A stretch of 64,000 nt of DNA, taken from Calcarisporiella thermophila CBS 279.70 (taxonomy: Eukaryota > Fungi > Calcarisporiellomycota). Under the pieces are notes generated by a model, which had not been told where the DNA came from, searched no databases, and worked only from the letters and a program-made list of their open reading frames with translations. A program made the translations under genes and the position numbers. The stretch spans positions 1,251,443 through 1,315,442 of the forward strand of contig NW_027192191.1 in NCBI RefSeq assembly GCF_041956535.1, written 5' to 3'. This document shows positions 14,175 to 27,537 of this stretch, piece by piece; positions within the stretch are counted from its first letter, which is position 1; the number at the start of each line of letters is the position of its first letter.

Positions 14175-14717
14175 TTCCCTCCCACACACACCTCCCCCAC
14201 ACACACTGTCCCCCGCGACGGGGGAAATGTATCTTAGAAGTGCAAAAATGGTCTTGACGTCTGTAAATACTTTCTCCTATAATCTCATAATTTATATTCC
14301 CTCCCCCTGCATATATAATTTTGCCTTCTCTCTTATTTCACACTGTTTATTTAATTTCTCGACTCCTCTTATATACATATATTTGTGACTTTCTCTATCC
14401 GAAAGACATTGCATATTTATGGTTGCTTATATATTCTCGGCTTTTATCAGTAATGTTATCAAAGCTACGGATCTGACCGGTACGCGTAAAATAAATGGAT
14501 GGTTTTAAAAAGCCTAGGGCTCACTCGCCCCTCGATCGGCCTCTCTCGAGGTGGATAATCTGGTTCGAATTCGGCTAGGGTTTTAGGGGAAAGCCGATCA
14601 GCGGACCGGATAAATGTAGATGACGTGATGCCCTGGTGGAAATTTTCCGTGCTCGAGGCCACGTTTCGAGGACGAAAAATTCCTTCCTTCATCCCTCTTA
14701 GAAGCAGCAACCAAGCC

Positions 14718-15455
14718 ATGGCCACGCTCTACGCATTCCCCAACACAGACTCCCTCTCCAAAAGCCTCTCCGACTTCGTGGAGCGGCTCTCCGAAGAGGC
14801 CATTTCCGCACGTGGCCACTTCTCCGTGGCCCTCAGCGGCGGCTCTCTCCCCAAGCTCTTTGCCGCCCACCTGAAGAGCAATCCGCGCGTCGACTTTTCG
14901 CGTTGGCACATCTTCCTGGCCGACGAGAGATGCGTACCCCTCGACGATCCCGAATCCAATTTCGGCCTGGTGAAGAAGGAGCTGCTCGACCACCTGACGG
15001 CCCAGCCAAAGGTGTACCCGATCAACCCGGACCTCGTGGGCCATCCCGAGAAGGCTGCCGTGGACTATGAGCGGCGCGTGCGCGAGGCCCTCGGAGAAAA
15101 TGCGCAGATTGACCTGATTATGCTGGGAATGGGGCCCGACGGTCACACTTGCTCGCTCTTCCCGGGGCACCCCCTGCTCAATGTGTCCGAGAGACTCATT
15201 GACTCCTTAACCAACTCGCCCAAGCCGCCCCCCTCCCGGATCACCTTCACGTATCCTTTTGTGAATCGCGGGCGGTACGTCGCCTTCGTGGCAACCGGAG
15301 AAGGAAAGCAGGACGTGCTGAAGGCTATCTTGGACCACAAGGACTGGGCCCTACCCTCCACGCGTGTACAGCCCGAGTCCGGAAAACTCTTCTGGTTCGT
15401 CGATGAGCCGGCCGCGAAGAAGTTGGACTATTCTCGTGCTGAATATAAGCTCTAG
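14718..15455 (+). CDS. SOL3: 6-phosphogluconolactonase (intronless); possible upstream start at 14628
   Basis: VALSGGSLPK, FLADERCVPLDDPESN, DLIMLGMGPDGHTCSLFPGH, SPKPPPSRITFT. Confidence 0.95.
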   Translation: MATLYAFPNTDSLSKSLSDFVERLSEEAISARGHFSVALSGGSLPKLFAAHLKSNPRVDFSRWHIFLADERCVPLDDPESNFGLVKKELLDHLTAQPKVYPINPDLVGHPEKAAVDYERRVREALGENAQIDLIMLGMGPDGHTCSLFPGHPLLNVSERLIDSLTNSPKPPPSRITFTYPFVNRGRYVAFVATGEGKQDVLKAILDHKDWALPSTRVQPESGKLFWFVDEPAAKKLDYSRAEYKL

Positions 15456-15524
15456 AGATCTCCCGCAGAAAATCTGTCTCATGTACATAAAGTCATGGCT
15501 CGTGAGCTACCTTTATTTTTGTTT

Positions 15525-15550
15525 TCTCTCTCTCTCTCTCTCTCTCTCTC
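15525..15550 (+). repeat. (TC)13 microsatellite
   Basis: Direct reading of the sequence. Confidence 0.9.
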
Positions 15551-15778
15551 AATACACTGTTGCAATTCAGAACGGCACTGTCTGAACGGTACCATTTTCC
15601 ATAGAAATAAAGATCGGATATTTAAATTTCAAATGTATAGAGAGATTGGTCTGCTCTTCAAGTGACCAAAGCAAATGTATACATGGACTCGAAAGGTAGA
15701 ATACAACGATTTCATGAGCAAGATTAGAAAGTAAAACTACTGGATCAATGATGGCATTGGGCTGTCGCACGTCGTACA

Positions 15779-18195
15779 TTACGCAGCAGGTACCAGAGAA
15801 ATATCACGATACCAGAAGCGATGTTGCTTGATTGCCTCAATAAAGGAGGTGGCAATCGAGACGGCGCCCGACACGGCCTTGAAGTCGCGCACGGTCACCA
15901 CCCCCTGGCTCGAAAGCACGTCGTCGCTCTCGGACAATTGCACGCCGGTGAGGGTGCACTTCTTCAGGAATTCCACCCCCTCCCCGACCGCGCATATGGG
16001 TTTAAAGTGCTTGAACGCCTCGTTCACGAACCCAAGCACCTCCCCGTTCCTCAGGAGGGATTCCACGCTCGCCCTCCCGCCCACAATGCACACTGCATCG
16101 AACTTGGTCGACTTGCTGTTGAACGCGGTGAAGTCGGCGTCCACCTCTTGGCCGGTGTCACTCCGGACAGCGCCACGGTGGGGCCCGATGATATGGGGCA
16201 TGGCGCCGTTGGATTTGAGGGCAAGCGAGATCTCTGAGAGCTGCACCGCGTCGAATCCGTCCTCGACAAGGAAGGCAATTTTGCGGCCCTCGATCGAGTC
16301 CTTAGCCGAGTTGTCTTGACTAAGCGCCTGGCTCTTTCGCCCATGGTTGGGACAAGCGGGGGCGCTGGGAGGCGTGACGCCGATGCCCTTGGCTACCGCT
16401 TTGGCGAGCTCGTGGTCCACGTGGTTGAAGTGGGCAATCATGCGTTCACGGACCCCCTGGTCCACCACTTGCGAGAGTTCAAACTTGGCGGCGAAGATCA
16501 AGTGCTCTTTTTCGGCCTTGGACAGGGAGTTGTAGAAGAGGGTGGCCTGGGAGTAGTGGTCCTGGAATTTGGGGCCGCGGGCCCTTATTTTTAACCCGGC
16601 CACCTTCTCAGCAAAGTGCACGTAGCCTCCCTCCCTCTCGGGGGCCACATCGGGGACGCCGAAGCGGTTAGGGAAGTAGTTCACGCGACCTTTATTGATG
16701 GTGGTGCGGTGAAGGCCGTCCCGCTGGTTGTTAAACACGGGGCAAATCGGTCGATTAATCGGAATCTCTACAGAAATGACGGAGTGAGTCCATCGGGGTC
16801 ACATCGCTGGGGGAGTGGGGGCGGGTGAAGCGTGCATACCTTCAAAGTTGGGTCCCCCGAGACGGGAGAGCTGGGTGTCTGTATACGAGAAGAGCCGCCC
16901 TTGAAGCAAGGGGTCATTGGTTACGTCGATGCCCGGGACCAGGTGGGCGGGGTGAAAGGCAACCTGCTCAGTCTCGGCGAAAAAGTTATCCGGGTTACGA
17001 TTGAGTACCATTCGGCCGACCCAGCGAACGGGAACTAGCTCCTCCGGAATGATCTTCGTCGGATCGAGGAGATCAAAGTCAAAGTCGTGCTCCTTCTCCT
17101 CCGGTACAATCTGGAGTCCGAATTCGTACTCGGGATAGTTGCCGTTCTCAATGGCTTCCCAGAGATCCCGGCGATGAAAGTCCGGGTCTTGGCCTCCCAA
17201 CCTAAAAGAGGATAAAGAGAACAGGCTCAGTATCGGTAAGTGCATTGAGCCTCGGGTGGCAAGGCCTACTTGTTAGCCTCGTCCCACGCAAGGGAGTGGA
17301 CTCCCAACTTCGGCCTCCAATGAAACTTGACAAAACTGCGCTGTCCGCGGGCGTTGACGAGGGCAAAGGTGTGGACTCCAAACCCTTGCATCATGCTGAA
17401 GGAGCGCGGGATGGCTCTGTCAGAGAGCACCCACATGCTCATGTGGATGCTTTCCGGATTGAGGCTGATGAAGTCCCAAAAGTTGTCGTGGCTGGTTTGC
17501 GCCTGAGGGATCTCATTGTGAGGGGCTGGCTTGGCAGCATGGATCTTGGGAAGAGATTGGGGGTTAGCAGGGGGATGAGAGGTTTGGGAAAAGCTTCGGA
17601 GAGTTAGAGGCTCACCACATCCGGGAATTTAATCGCATCCTGAATGAAGAACACCGGGATGTTGTTGCCGACCAGCGAGAAATTCCCCTCCTCGGTGTAG
17701 AATTTCACTGCAAAGCCGCGCACATCTCGCACCGTGTCTGCCGAGCCTCGCGAACCCGCCACGGTGGAAAAGCGGACAAAGACAGGCGTCTTTTTCGATG
17801 GGTTGCAAAGAAACTTTGCCTTTGTGAACTCTTCCTGCGATTCATACACTTCGAAGAAGCCATGAGCAGCCGCTCCGCGGGCATGCACTACCCGCTCTGG
17901 GATGCGTTCGTGGTCGAAGTGGGTCATCTTCTCGCGAAAATGAAAATCTTCGAGGAGGGAGGGGCCTCGCTCGCCCTATCCACCCTTCAAAATGAGCCAT
18001 TCTAATCCGGAATTAGAGGATACAGGGGAGGATCTTTACCGCCTTCAAGGTGTCCACATCGTGCTGGATTCGTGTGCCAAAGTTGGTTGTGATATAATCA
18101 CCAGCCTCGGCCCGAAAGGGCTCCAGGTGCTTGCTCTTTTCGTCTGTCGAGACCGTGGCGACGACTTTATCTTTGATATGAGAAAGAGTTTCCAT
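15779..18195 (-). CDS. catA: Large-subunit monofunctional catalase (clade 2, CatA/KatE type) with C-terminal GATase1/DJ-1-like domain; no signal peptide
   Basis: [68 protein letters not shown], and C-terminal [10 protein letters not shown]...EAFKHFKPI. Confidence 0.95.
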
Positions 18196-18523
18196 GGTGT
18201 GGAAATTAACCAGAGGATAAGAGAGTATTGGAAATAGATGATAAAGTCAAAAAAAACCGGGAAAGGGCTTTTATATGTTGAGATGCAATGGATGGTTACG
18301 AGAGCAGTGGGAAAGACTAAGTCCTACTTTCTCGATGCTTACTCATTTTTGCCACCGGGACGCCTTATTTGAGTAACCATCAATTGCCAAAAAGGGTTTG
18401 ACCAATTTGGATGGAGGTAAGGGCGTTTATATGATCGATTTGTTCGAGTCGAACACGTAAAGGTGTGGATATGGAGGATATACAACAGTAAAAGGAAAGA
18501 GAAAAGTCTAAAAAAAAAGAGTA

Positions 18524-19405
18524 TCATTGATTCTGACTGCTTTTTGCTGTCCACTGAGAAAAGAGCATCCGAGCGTGGTCAACCATGCCGCTTAGAGAGA
18601 GAGCCGGCCGCACATCGAGGTAGAACGAGACATTTTGAGGGCGATTGGGATCTTGCTTACCCGCGTAGAAATCTATCACGTATGTCACTTGCTTGCCACA
18701 TCGATCCACCGTCCAGTCGTGGCGATCGAACGGTAGCGTATAGCCAAGCAAGCCCAGCAGCCGCGCCTTGGGGGTGAGATCTTTGGGCCGACCCTGGAAT
18801 TTCACAAGTTTGGGCTGACCGCAGGTACTGGGAGAGAAGAGAAAGAGGATGAGTGTCTATCTTGAAAGCTAAAGGAAAGATTACTGCCCGACTCACTTCT
18901 GATGCAGCTTCTCCCACTCCAAAATCTTTTTCCAGGCCATCTCATTCACTGCATTATGGATCGGCACCACTACGCCCATATCCTCTTCTCGTGGATTCCA
19001 GTTCTTTCGCCTCATGGCATTGAAAAACATTTGCTCTGAAGGGTATATCCATACGCCTTCTTTTTCGCTGTTAGAGGAGGATTTGGGTATGGTAGAATGT
19101 TGGCGGTCTGTGCTGAGGGGGATGCGCTGATCAGGAGCTGACGTTTGATCTGGGACAGCGGGCATTTGATTACGATCATCAAGACGCTCTGACGAGCATG
19201 CATTATCTAATGCGCTCTGAGGAGTGGCGGTGGGCGAACTAGGGAGAAAGTGTTTGTAGTTGGAGTGATCGACAGGGCATTGAGACTCGCTTGGTGCATC
19301 ATTTGACTTTGGAAGAAAATGTTTGTACGCTGTGTGATCTACGGGACAGGCAGAGGAGGAGGCTTGCTCATTCCCGCCAGCTGATTGTACCTTGGATTCC
19401 GACAT
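18524..19405 (-). CDS. HCCS: Cytochrome c/c1 heme lyase, 2 exons
   Basis: Two CPV heme-regulatory motifs, [56 protein letters not shown]. Confidence 0.95.
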
Positions 19406-19549
19406 TGTGCTCTAACTCAAGGTTATTTCCGTCGTTAGAATTTATTTTTATGTGGCGCAATTAGGATTGTTTATCATTTATAATGTGGCCTTGAAACTGC
19501 TACTGCTATTTTTCTCTCCTTTTCTTCGTTTCTATTTTTTTTTTTAAAT

Positions 19550-19860
19550 CTCTTTCTCAATTTATAATACTTTGTGCCATAATACGCGCGAAGCCGTGGT
19601 TTGGAGGTAATTATCGTAAACTTTGCTATCTTTTCGAAAACTTTCAAAATGATGATTTCATATATAAAACGAGAGTTTTAAACAATGATAAAACTACAAA
19701 TACACGAGCTTTTTAATACTGATTTTCTTGTTTATTTGTTGTATGCTTGCAACTGTAACATGTATATCTGACCATTTCTTTGTGCTCATAGGTGAAGCGC
19801 CAAGGTTTCGTGCTTTCTATCGCTAATAGGATATTCAATTTTTAATAAATGAAATTTTCC
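19550..19860 (+). ncRNA. Non-coding snoRNA host transcript (2 exons, intron 19607-19791); ends approximate
   Basis: Pyrimidine-rich start CTCTTTCTC, donor GAG|GTAATT (19607), branch CTGAC (~19768), acceptor CATAG (19791), AATAAA (~19843). No ATG in exon 1. Confidence 0.6.
19645..19726 (+). ncRNA. snR47: Box C/D snoRNA, snR47/U36 family (guides 18S Am619 in yeast numbering)
   Basis: Box C ATGATGA at 19649-19655 and box D CTGA at 19719-19722. Guide ACGAGCTTTTTAA is complementary to conserved 18S TTAAAAAGCTCGT, with the D+5 nucleotide opposite the first A. Short A/T terminal stem. Confidence 0.85.
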
Positions 19861-20179
19861 TTACTTATGACTCTTGGATTTTTTTTTCTCATTTCGTGTT
19901 TTCCAAACGTAAAAACAACTATTCACTTTAAAAAGAAAAAAAACCAATCCGTTACAGTAACCATGGGAGGCCGCGTGAGGCTGTTGTGATATATACTGTA
20001 TATATGTTTGAACTTGAAGTATATGAATGTGTGGCTTAGCACACTTCGCTCCCTCAATGCACATCTTTAAAAGTTATTTCTACGATCCTTCGTTAGGAAC
20101 TATTCCATTGTACGAGAATACTTCTTCTTTTTTTTTCGTATTCTATGTTAGACCTATTGCATGTAATTTGTCTGTGTAA

Positions 20180-23074
20180 ATGAACGGATACTCTTCCTCA
20201 ATAGCTATGCTCAATACATGCGTAGCGCGTTCACTGGATCTCTTACAACCGCAAGGATCTATTGAACACCAGGCGGAGCAACAATGCGAAATCGTCAAGT
20301 CAGAGATAGCACCAGTTCTTGCTAGCAATGATGGAGAAGAGAGCTCTAGTGTAGAGAATGATCTTCGGAAAATTGCCCTGGAATTTACGTTTCGTAACGT
20401 TGCATTCAGCATCAGAGTGAGTGTTGAGAACCATGGTATCGGCATGATCGCTCGACGAGTAATCTCTCTCGAAATATAGAGAAAATTAGGGACTGACGAA
20501 AACTGCCTGTTCTCCGAACTCTACAAATGTCTCGACTTGATAGTTGCCACTGCTGAATATGGTATTGCAAGAGCTCGACTCCTCCCATTTATTATGGGCA
20601 TTTAGCAGCTTTCCCTAATTGTATTCATTGCAACTAGGCTTGCTTGACGACACCGTTCCCCTCTCCATCATCGAAGACCTCTCAGACACAATCCCCGATG
20701 ATAAGCTCTCTCATCTCGTGCAATATCTGGAAACGCGGAATGCCCGGCTAACAAAGGTTTCGTGTTCATTTTGCGCATTTTTTCCACGGCCTTTGTCCGT
20801 CCGCTAGCACTTGTAGCGTCGGCGAGGCATGTTTTCCGGATGGTAGTGGATCCCATATGCTCAATTCATTTTTGCTTTAACTCTTAAACGATATAGCATA
20901 TGGAGCCCAACAAGGGGAGATTTCTGATATTTTTGCGTACCTGCAATGACATGCTTCGCCGAGTCCCACGGTTCAAGGATCCAGTGCTGTGTGCACGCAT
21001 CTCACAGCTGATTGCTTGTACAATTCCCGTCTGCGACCGTTCAGGTGGGCCCGAATTCTCCTGATTGTATCGAACGCAGCATTTATTTTGCCCCGTTATT
21101 TTAGGTTTAAATCTACAGGGAGATGTCAACCTCAAAAACGTTACCCAGTTTGAAGATCAGGATGCGGCCAAAAGTGCAAACCAAGAGCCTGCCAAAAATG
21201 ACAGCATGATAGACATTGACACTAAGCAAGGTCTATTGGATTAACCTGTTCGATTTTTCCAGATCGGTTCTGGTGTATTGACTTTATTTGCTCGCATCTT
21301 AGACAAGAAAATTAGCGAGGGTAGAGAGTTTTATCGCACGTTCTGGTCACTCCAGAGAATCCTTGGGAACCCGTCGTCCTGCTTAGATATGGAGAGCTAT
21401 AAAAGGGTAAAACAGGTAAGCGGTCTCATTTCCAGCTGAAGTGTTTTCATCAAAGATCTTACACTTTTATGTACCTCCACGTAGTCCATCGAGGAGATTC
21501 TCACGAAATTAGAAAAGACTCCTGTTCGCCCCATTGCCTCGCTTGACACGCGACGTGCACGCCGAAGGGAATGGAGATCATCGCAGCAAACTATCGCTTG
21601 CTCCGACGACACAGAGATGGAGGATGTGGTAGGTAGCGAGGAGAGAAAGCGGAAGCGCATGTCTAGTTCTGAGTCGCTTTCCCAACCAGCACGAAAGCAG
21701 CCCCGGCATGATACGGAGGCCACGCACCCGAATCTTGGCGAAGGCGCTAATCAGACAGCGGTCGAGGAGAAAAAGCTTCCTACGGGGACTTCCGTGCTGC
21801 AGGAGGAAAGTGAAAATCTATTCGATATTGCTGGTTTGGATCTACCTAAATTCGTCACCAACTACAACCTCTTTAGTCTGGAGGTAGATATTTTCCTATT
21901 TTTGTTTTCGTTCTCATCGACTCAAGATTCTCCCCCCCCCATATTTATTGTAGTTATCCGACTCCTATTTCCGACGTCATATTCTTATCCAACTCCTTGT
22001 TCTGCTGCAATTTATCTTGGGATTTACCGCTACTAAACTCGAGAAGGCTCGTGAAGAACAAGCGGCCAAAGGGAAAAAGACAGCAGCTCGAGCCGCACAG
22101 CCAACCTTTGTGCTTGAGGACACAGAGGGCGAATGGGTGCAGCAAATGAGGAAGCGAATTCTCGACCTTCTTGAGAATACAGCACCATCTGGCAAACGAT
22201 TCACAAGTGCCGCCATGAAATTGATTGCTGACGAGGATTTTTGGGTACGGTGGAAAGCACAAGGATGCCCGTCCTTTGAGAAGAAGCCGGTCGGGACGGA
22301 GGAGTTTGAAATAAAGAATGCCTTGAAGCCCGGGCCGATGGTAATCCTGTTTACATGCGAAGGTGCTTGGATGTGTTCGATTAATTTTGTGGTCTATTTA
22401 TAGAGCATTGCAAAGCCCTACCCGTTTAAACTCGGCACAGCTTCTTTGACGAAGATTTGGGAAAAAACCGGTGCTAAGTTCCCGTATGTTTATTTCATAT
22501 ACTTACTCTACAGTTGAATGACGTTGAATTATAATATCGTCTTGATAGCAATAAAAAGGCGCCCCAATTCGAGGACTACCTCAGGACGATTCGTCGCACC
22601 GTTCTTAGAAAGGACGTCGACTCTATAAATCGAGAAGAATACGATATGCGATGGGACGACTTAGAGGTAAATGTTTTTAAGAGTTTTCAGGGAGGAGCTT
22701 TTACTGACGTGATATTCATTGCACAGAGCGAGCAGAGGTCGGTAGCCGATTGGCGAGCTATACGCCTAGCTTCCGTCCGACATTGCCACATTTTTGGCAA
22801 GCTCGGACAAGACTGCACATCAAAACGGCTGATGGAGGAGCTCTCATTATTACCACGAAAACCGAAGCCGGTTAGCCCTGATGAAGCCCCCGCCCCACCT
22901 GTCAACGGCAGTACAGCCAACGGTGGCACCAACGATGTCAAGCCAGCGAACACATCGGCAGAAGCTTCACAAGTTAATTCAGCTCCCGAGGCTGATGAGA
23001 AACCTGATGCAGCCGAGAACAAGGATAAAGAAGCGGAAGCTCCGGTGCCGCTCAGGAACGAATCGGAGAACTAA
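20180..23074 (+). CDS. THOC1: THO complex subunit 1 (Hpr1/THOC1)
   Basis: PLSIIEDLSD...YLETR, FLRTCNDMLRR..R.KDPVLC, DRSGLNLQG, FYRTFWSLQR, PKFVTNYNLFSLE, WVRWKAQGCPSFEK, YPFKLG, DWRAIRLAS. Confidence 0.85.
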
Positions 23075-23445
23075 AAGTTTTGTTTTTAGCTTCCCTGAGG
23101 CATTTGTTAAATATATAAATTTTCATTGCAGCCATATTTTAGGAACAAGGTTTCTATTCAAAGAAAAAAAAAGCTGGATACAATTGTTGGATACATTGGA
23201 TGCGACAAAACAAGTTGGATCAGTTAAAGTGCCAAAAAAAAAAGTGAGAACGAATCCTACACGGTATTTTATAATACCAGACCAACATAAAGCCAGACCA
23301 TGTGTATGTTTTATATATAGAAAATTATCGAAAATATATTGGGGGATCATTTAAAGGTAGAAATAATTGGATAAAAATTGTCGGCATGAAATGGGATATG
23401 CCGTTCTCTATATGGTTCTCTAAAGAGTTCTATTTGCGGCTCTAC

Positions 23446-25817
<2,372 letters not shown>

Positions 25818-25863
25818 TTAAAATCAAAGATTTAATGTGACGATGAAAATAAATAGGTCAGTT

Positions 25864-25871
25864 TGTGACTA
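25864..25871 (-). promoter_or_regulatory. HomolD-like element (TAGTCACA) in the 165-bp NDOR1/YHM2 bidirectional promoter
   Basis: One mismatch to the S. pombe HomolD box CAGTCACA. The same core recurs at 4336, 7615, 30926, 34319, 52130 and 62315. Confidence 0.5.
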
Positions 25872-25960
25872 TTTCTTCGCCACCCAAATTTTTATTTCTC
25901 TCACACTCAAGCTAAAAACCCTCTATACTTTTTTTTTCACGAGCTTATTGGAAAACCGCA

Positions 25961-27250
25961 ATGTCGCCCGCTGCACCATCAGCTGCAGAGACCGTGTTGT
26001 TGGACAAGGATGGGAAACCTATAGTTGTTAAAAAGAAGCCGCTTTCATGGGTGAATCTGGGGATAGGTGCCTTCCTCAACCTATTTGAAATTACAACTTT
26101 GGGACAGCCATTTGAGGGTTAGATGGAATTTATAGGCCAAAAGGCCAAGATGGCTTTGACTAATGAAGCTCTAATGGTTTTCGTTGAGCAGTTCTGAAAA
26201 CTCACTTGGCCTCTCACCGTGGAGACTCGCTTGGTCAAGCTATCTCAAAGACTTATCAGCGGGGAGGCATTTTTGGCTTCTACCAAGGCCTTATTCCCGT
26301 AAAATATATGTTCTCACAATATAACCTTAACCTTAACTAATAGCCTTTTCGATTAGTGGGCATGGATAGAGGCAGCGACGAAAGGTGCTGTGCTTCTCTG
26401 GGCCGCTAGTGAGGTTGAATATTATAGCTTGGCCAACTTACAAGTAAGATGTCAGAATACCTGTGTATTTTCACCATATATCAAACCTCATTTGTTCTGC
26501 AATCCTAAAGATGAGCCCATTTGCTGCTGGTCTGATGGGCGGTATGGCGGGCGGTCTAGCGCAGGCCTACTCCACTATGGGATTTTGCACCTTTATGAAA
26601 ACAGTCGAAATAACGCGAGCGAAGGCTCCGGGAGATGCTAAGATTTCAACATGGAAAATCGCAGGCGATATTTTACGGCGTGAAGGGATCCGTGGAATAA
26701 ATAAGGGGGTGAATGCGGTTGCCCTTCGACAGAGCACAAACTGGGCCTCGCGTCTTGGTTTAGTATGTCCTAGTTTGGGAAGATTCATGAACTTGAATTT
26801 AATTTTCTTTTCTAGAGTCGACTGGCGGAGACAACTATCCGTAAAATTTGGGGAGTGAGCGAAAAAGACCCCCTTACGAACGCACAGCGCATTGCTGCCT
26901 CCGCGATTGGAGGAGGATTGAGCGTATGGAACCAGCCGATCGAGGTTATCCGGGTAGAAATGCAGTCGCAGGTAAAATCTCCTGGGCGCCCGGAGAAGTT
27001 AAACATAGTATCATGCGCAAAATATATCTGGCGCACTAGTGGATGGCGCGGATTCTATCGTGGCGCAACGCCGAGAATTGGGCTTGGGTAAGATGTCGAG
27101 TGTAAAGAGCCTCGTAGAAATTGTTTAACGATAATGGTGGCTTTTCAAATTCTTAGGATGTGGCAGACCATTTGCATGGTATATGGCGGGGATAGCCTAA
27201 AGGCAATGGCAGCAGATTACGAGAAGAAAAGAAAAGCCTCGATGCTGTAA
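25961..27250 (+). CDS. YHM2: Mitochondrial citrate/2-oxoglutarate carrier Yhm2
   Basis: [91 protein letters not shown]. Confidence 0.93.
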
Positions 27251-27537
27251 ACGCGATAGATACCCCTCTTTTTCGTGAGCGATATATTATGTAGCAGTAA
27301 TGGGATGTTATATTATATGAATATTGTGGTGTACTGGTCATTTGATTTTGTTTTCATAAATGAGTAATATTTGTTTAGAGAAAAAGATATGAAAACTGAG
27401 CATGTTCTAATTGAAAGAAATACATTTAAATAACCTGGTAGTGTGTGTCAGCTCTAAATGCGTAGTGAACGGGAAAAAATTTTGAAAGTGCAAAATATTA
27501 TAGATATAAATACAAGTCTTGAGTGGACTGGGAATTG

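Noticed and set aside
17245-17607. Plus-strand 120-aa ORF and other long antisense ORFs over catalase, 6PGL, CDC24 and ATG13
   Set aside because: Shadow ORFs opposite GC3-rich coding exons; no independent domain signal.
9050-18900. GC-rich block as a horizontally transferred island
   Set aside because: Contains intron-bearing native eukaryotic genes, boundaries fall inside genes, and there is no integrase or terminal repeat.
19260-19350. Tandem CPVDH..YKHFLP repeat in heme lyase
   Set aside because: Known CPV heme-regulatory motifs of the HCCS family; not novel.
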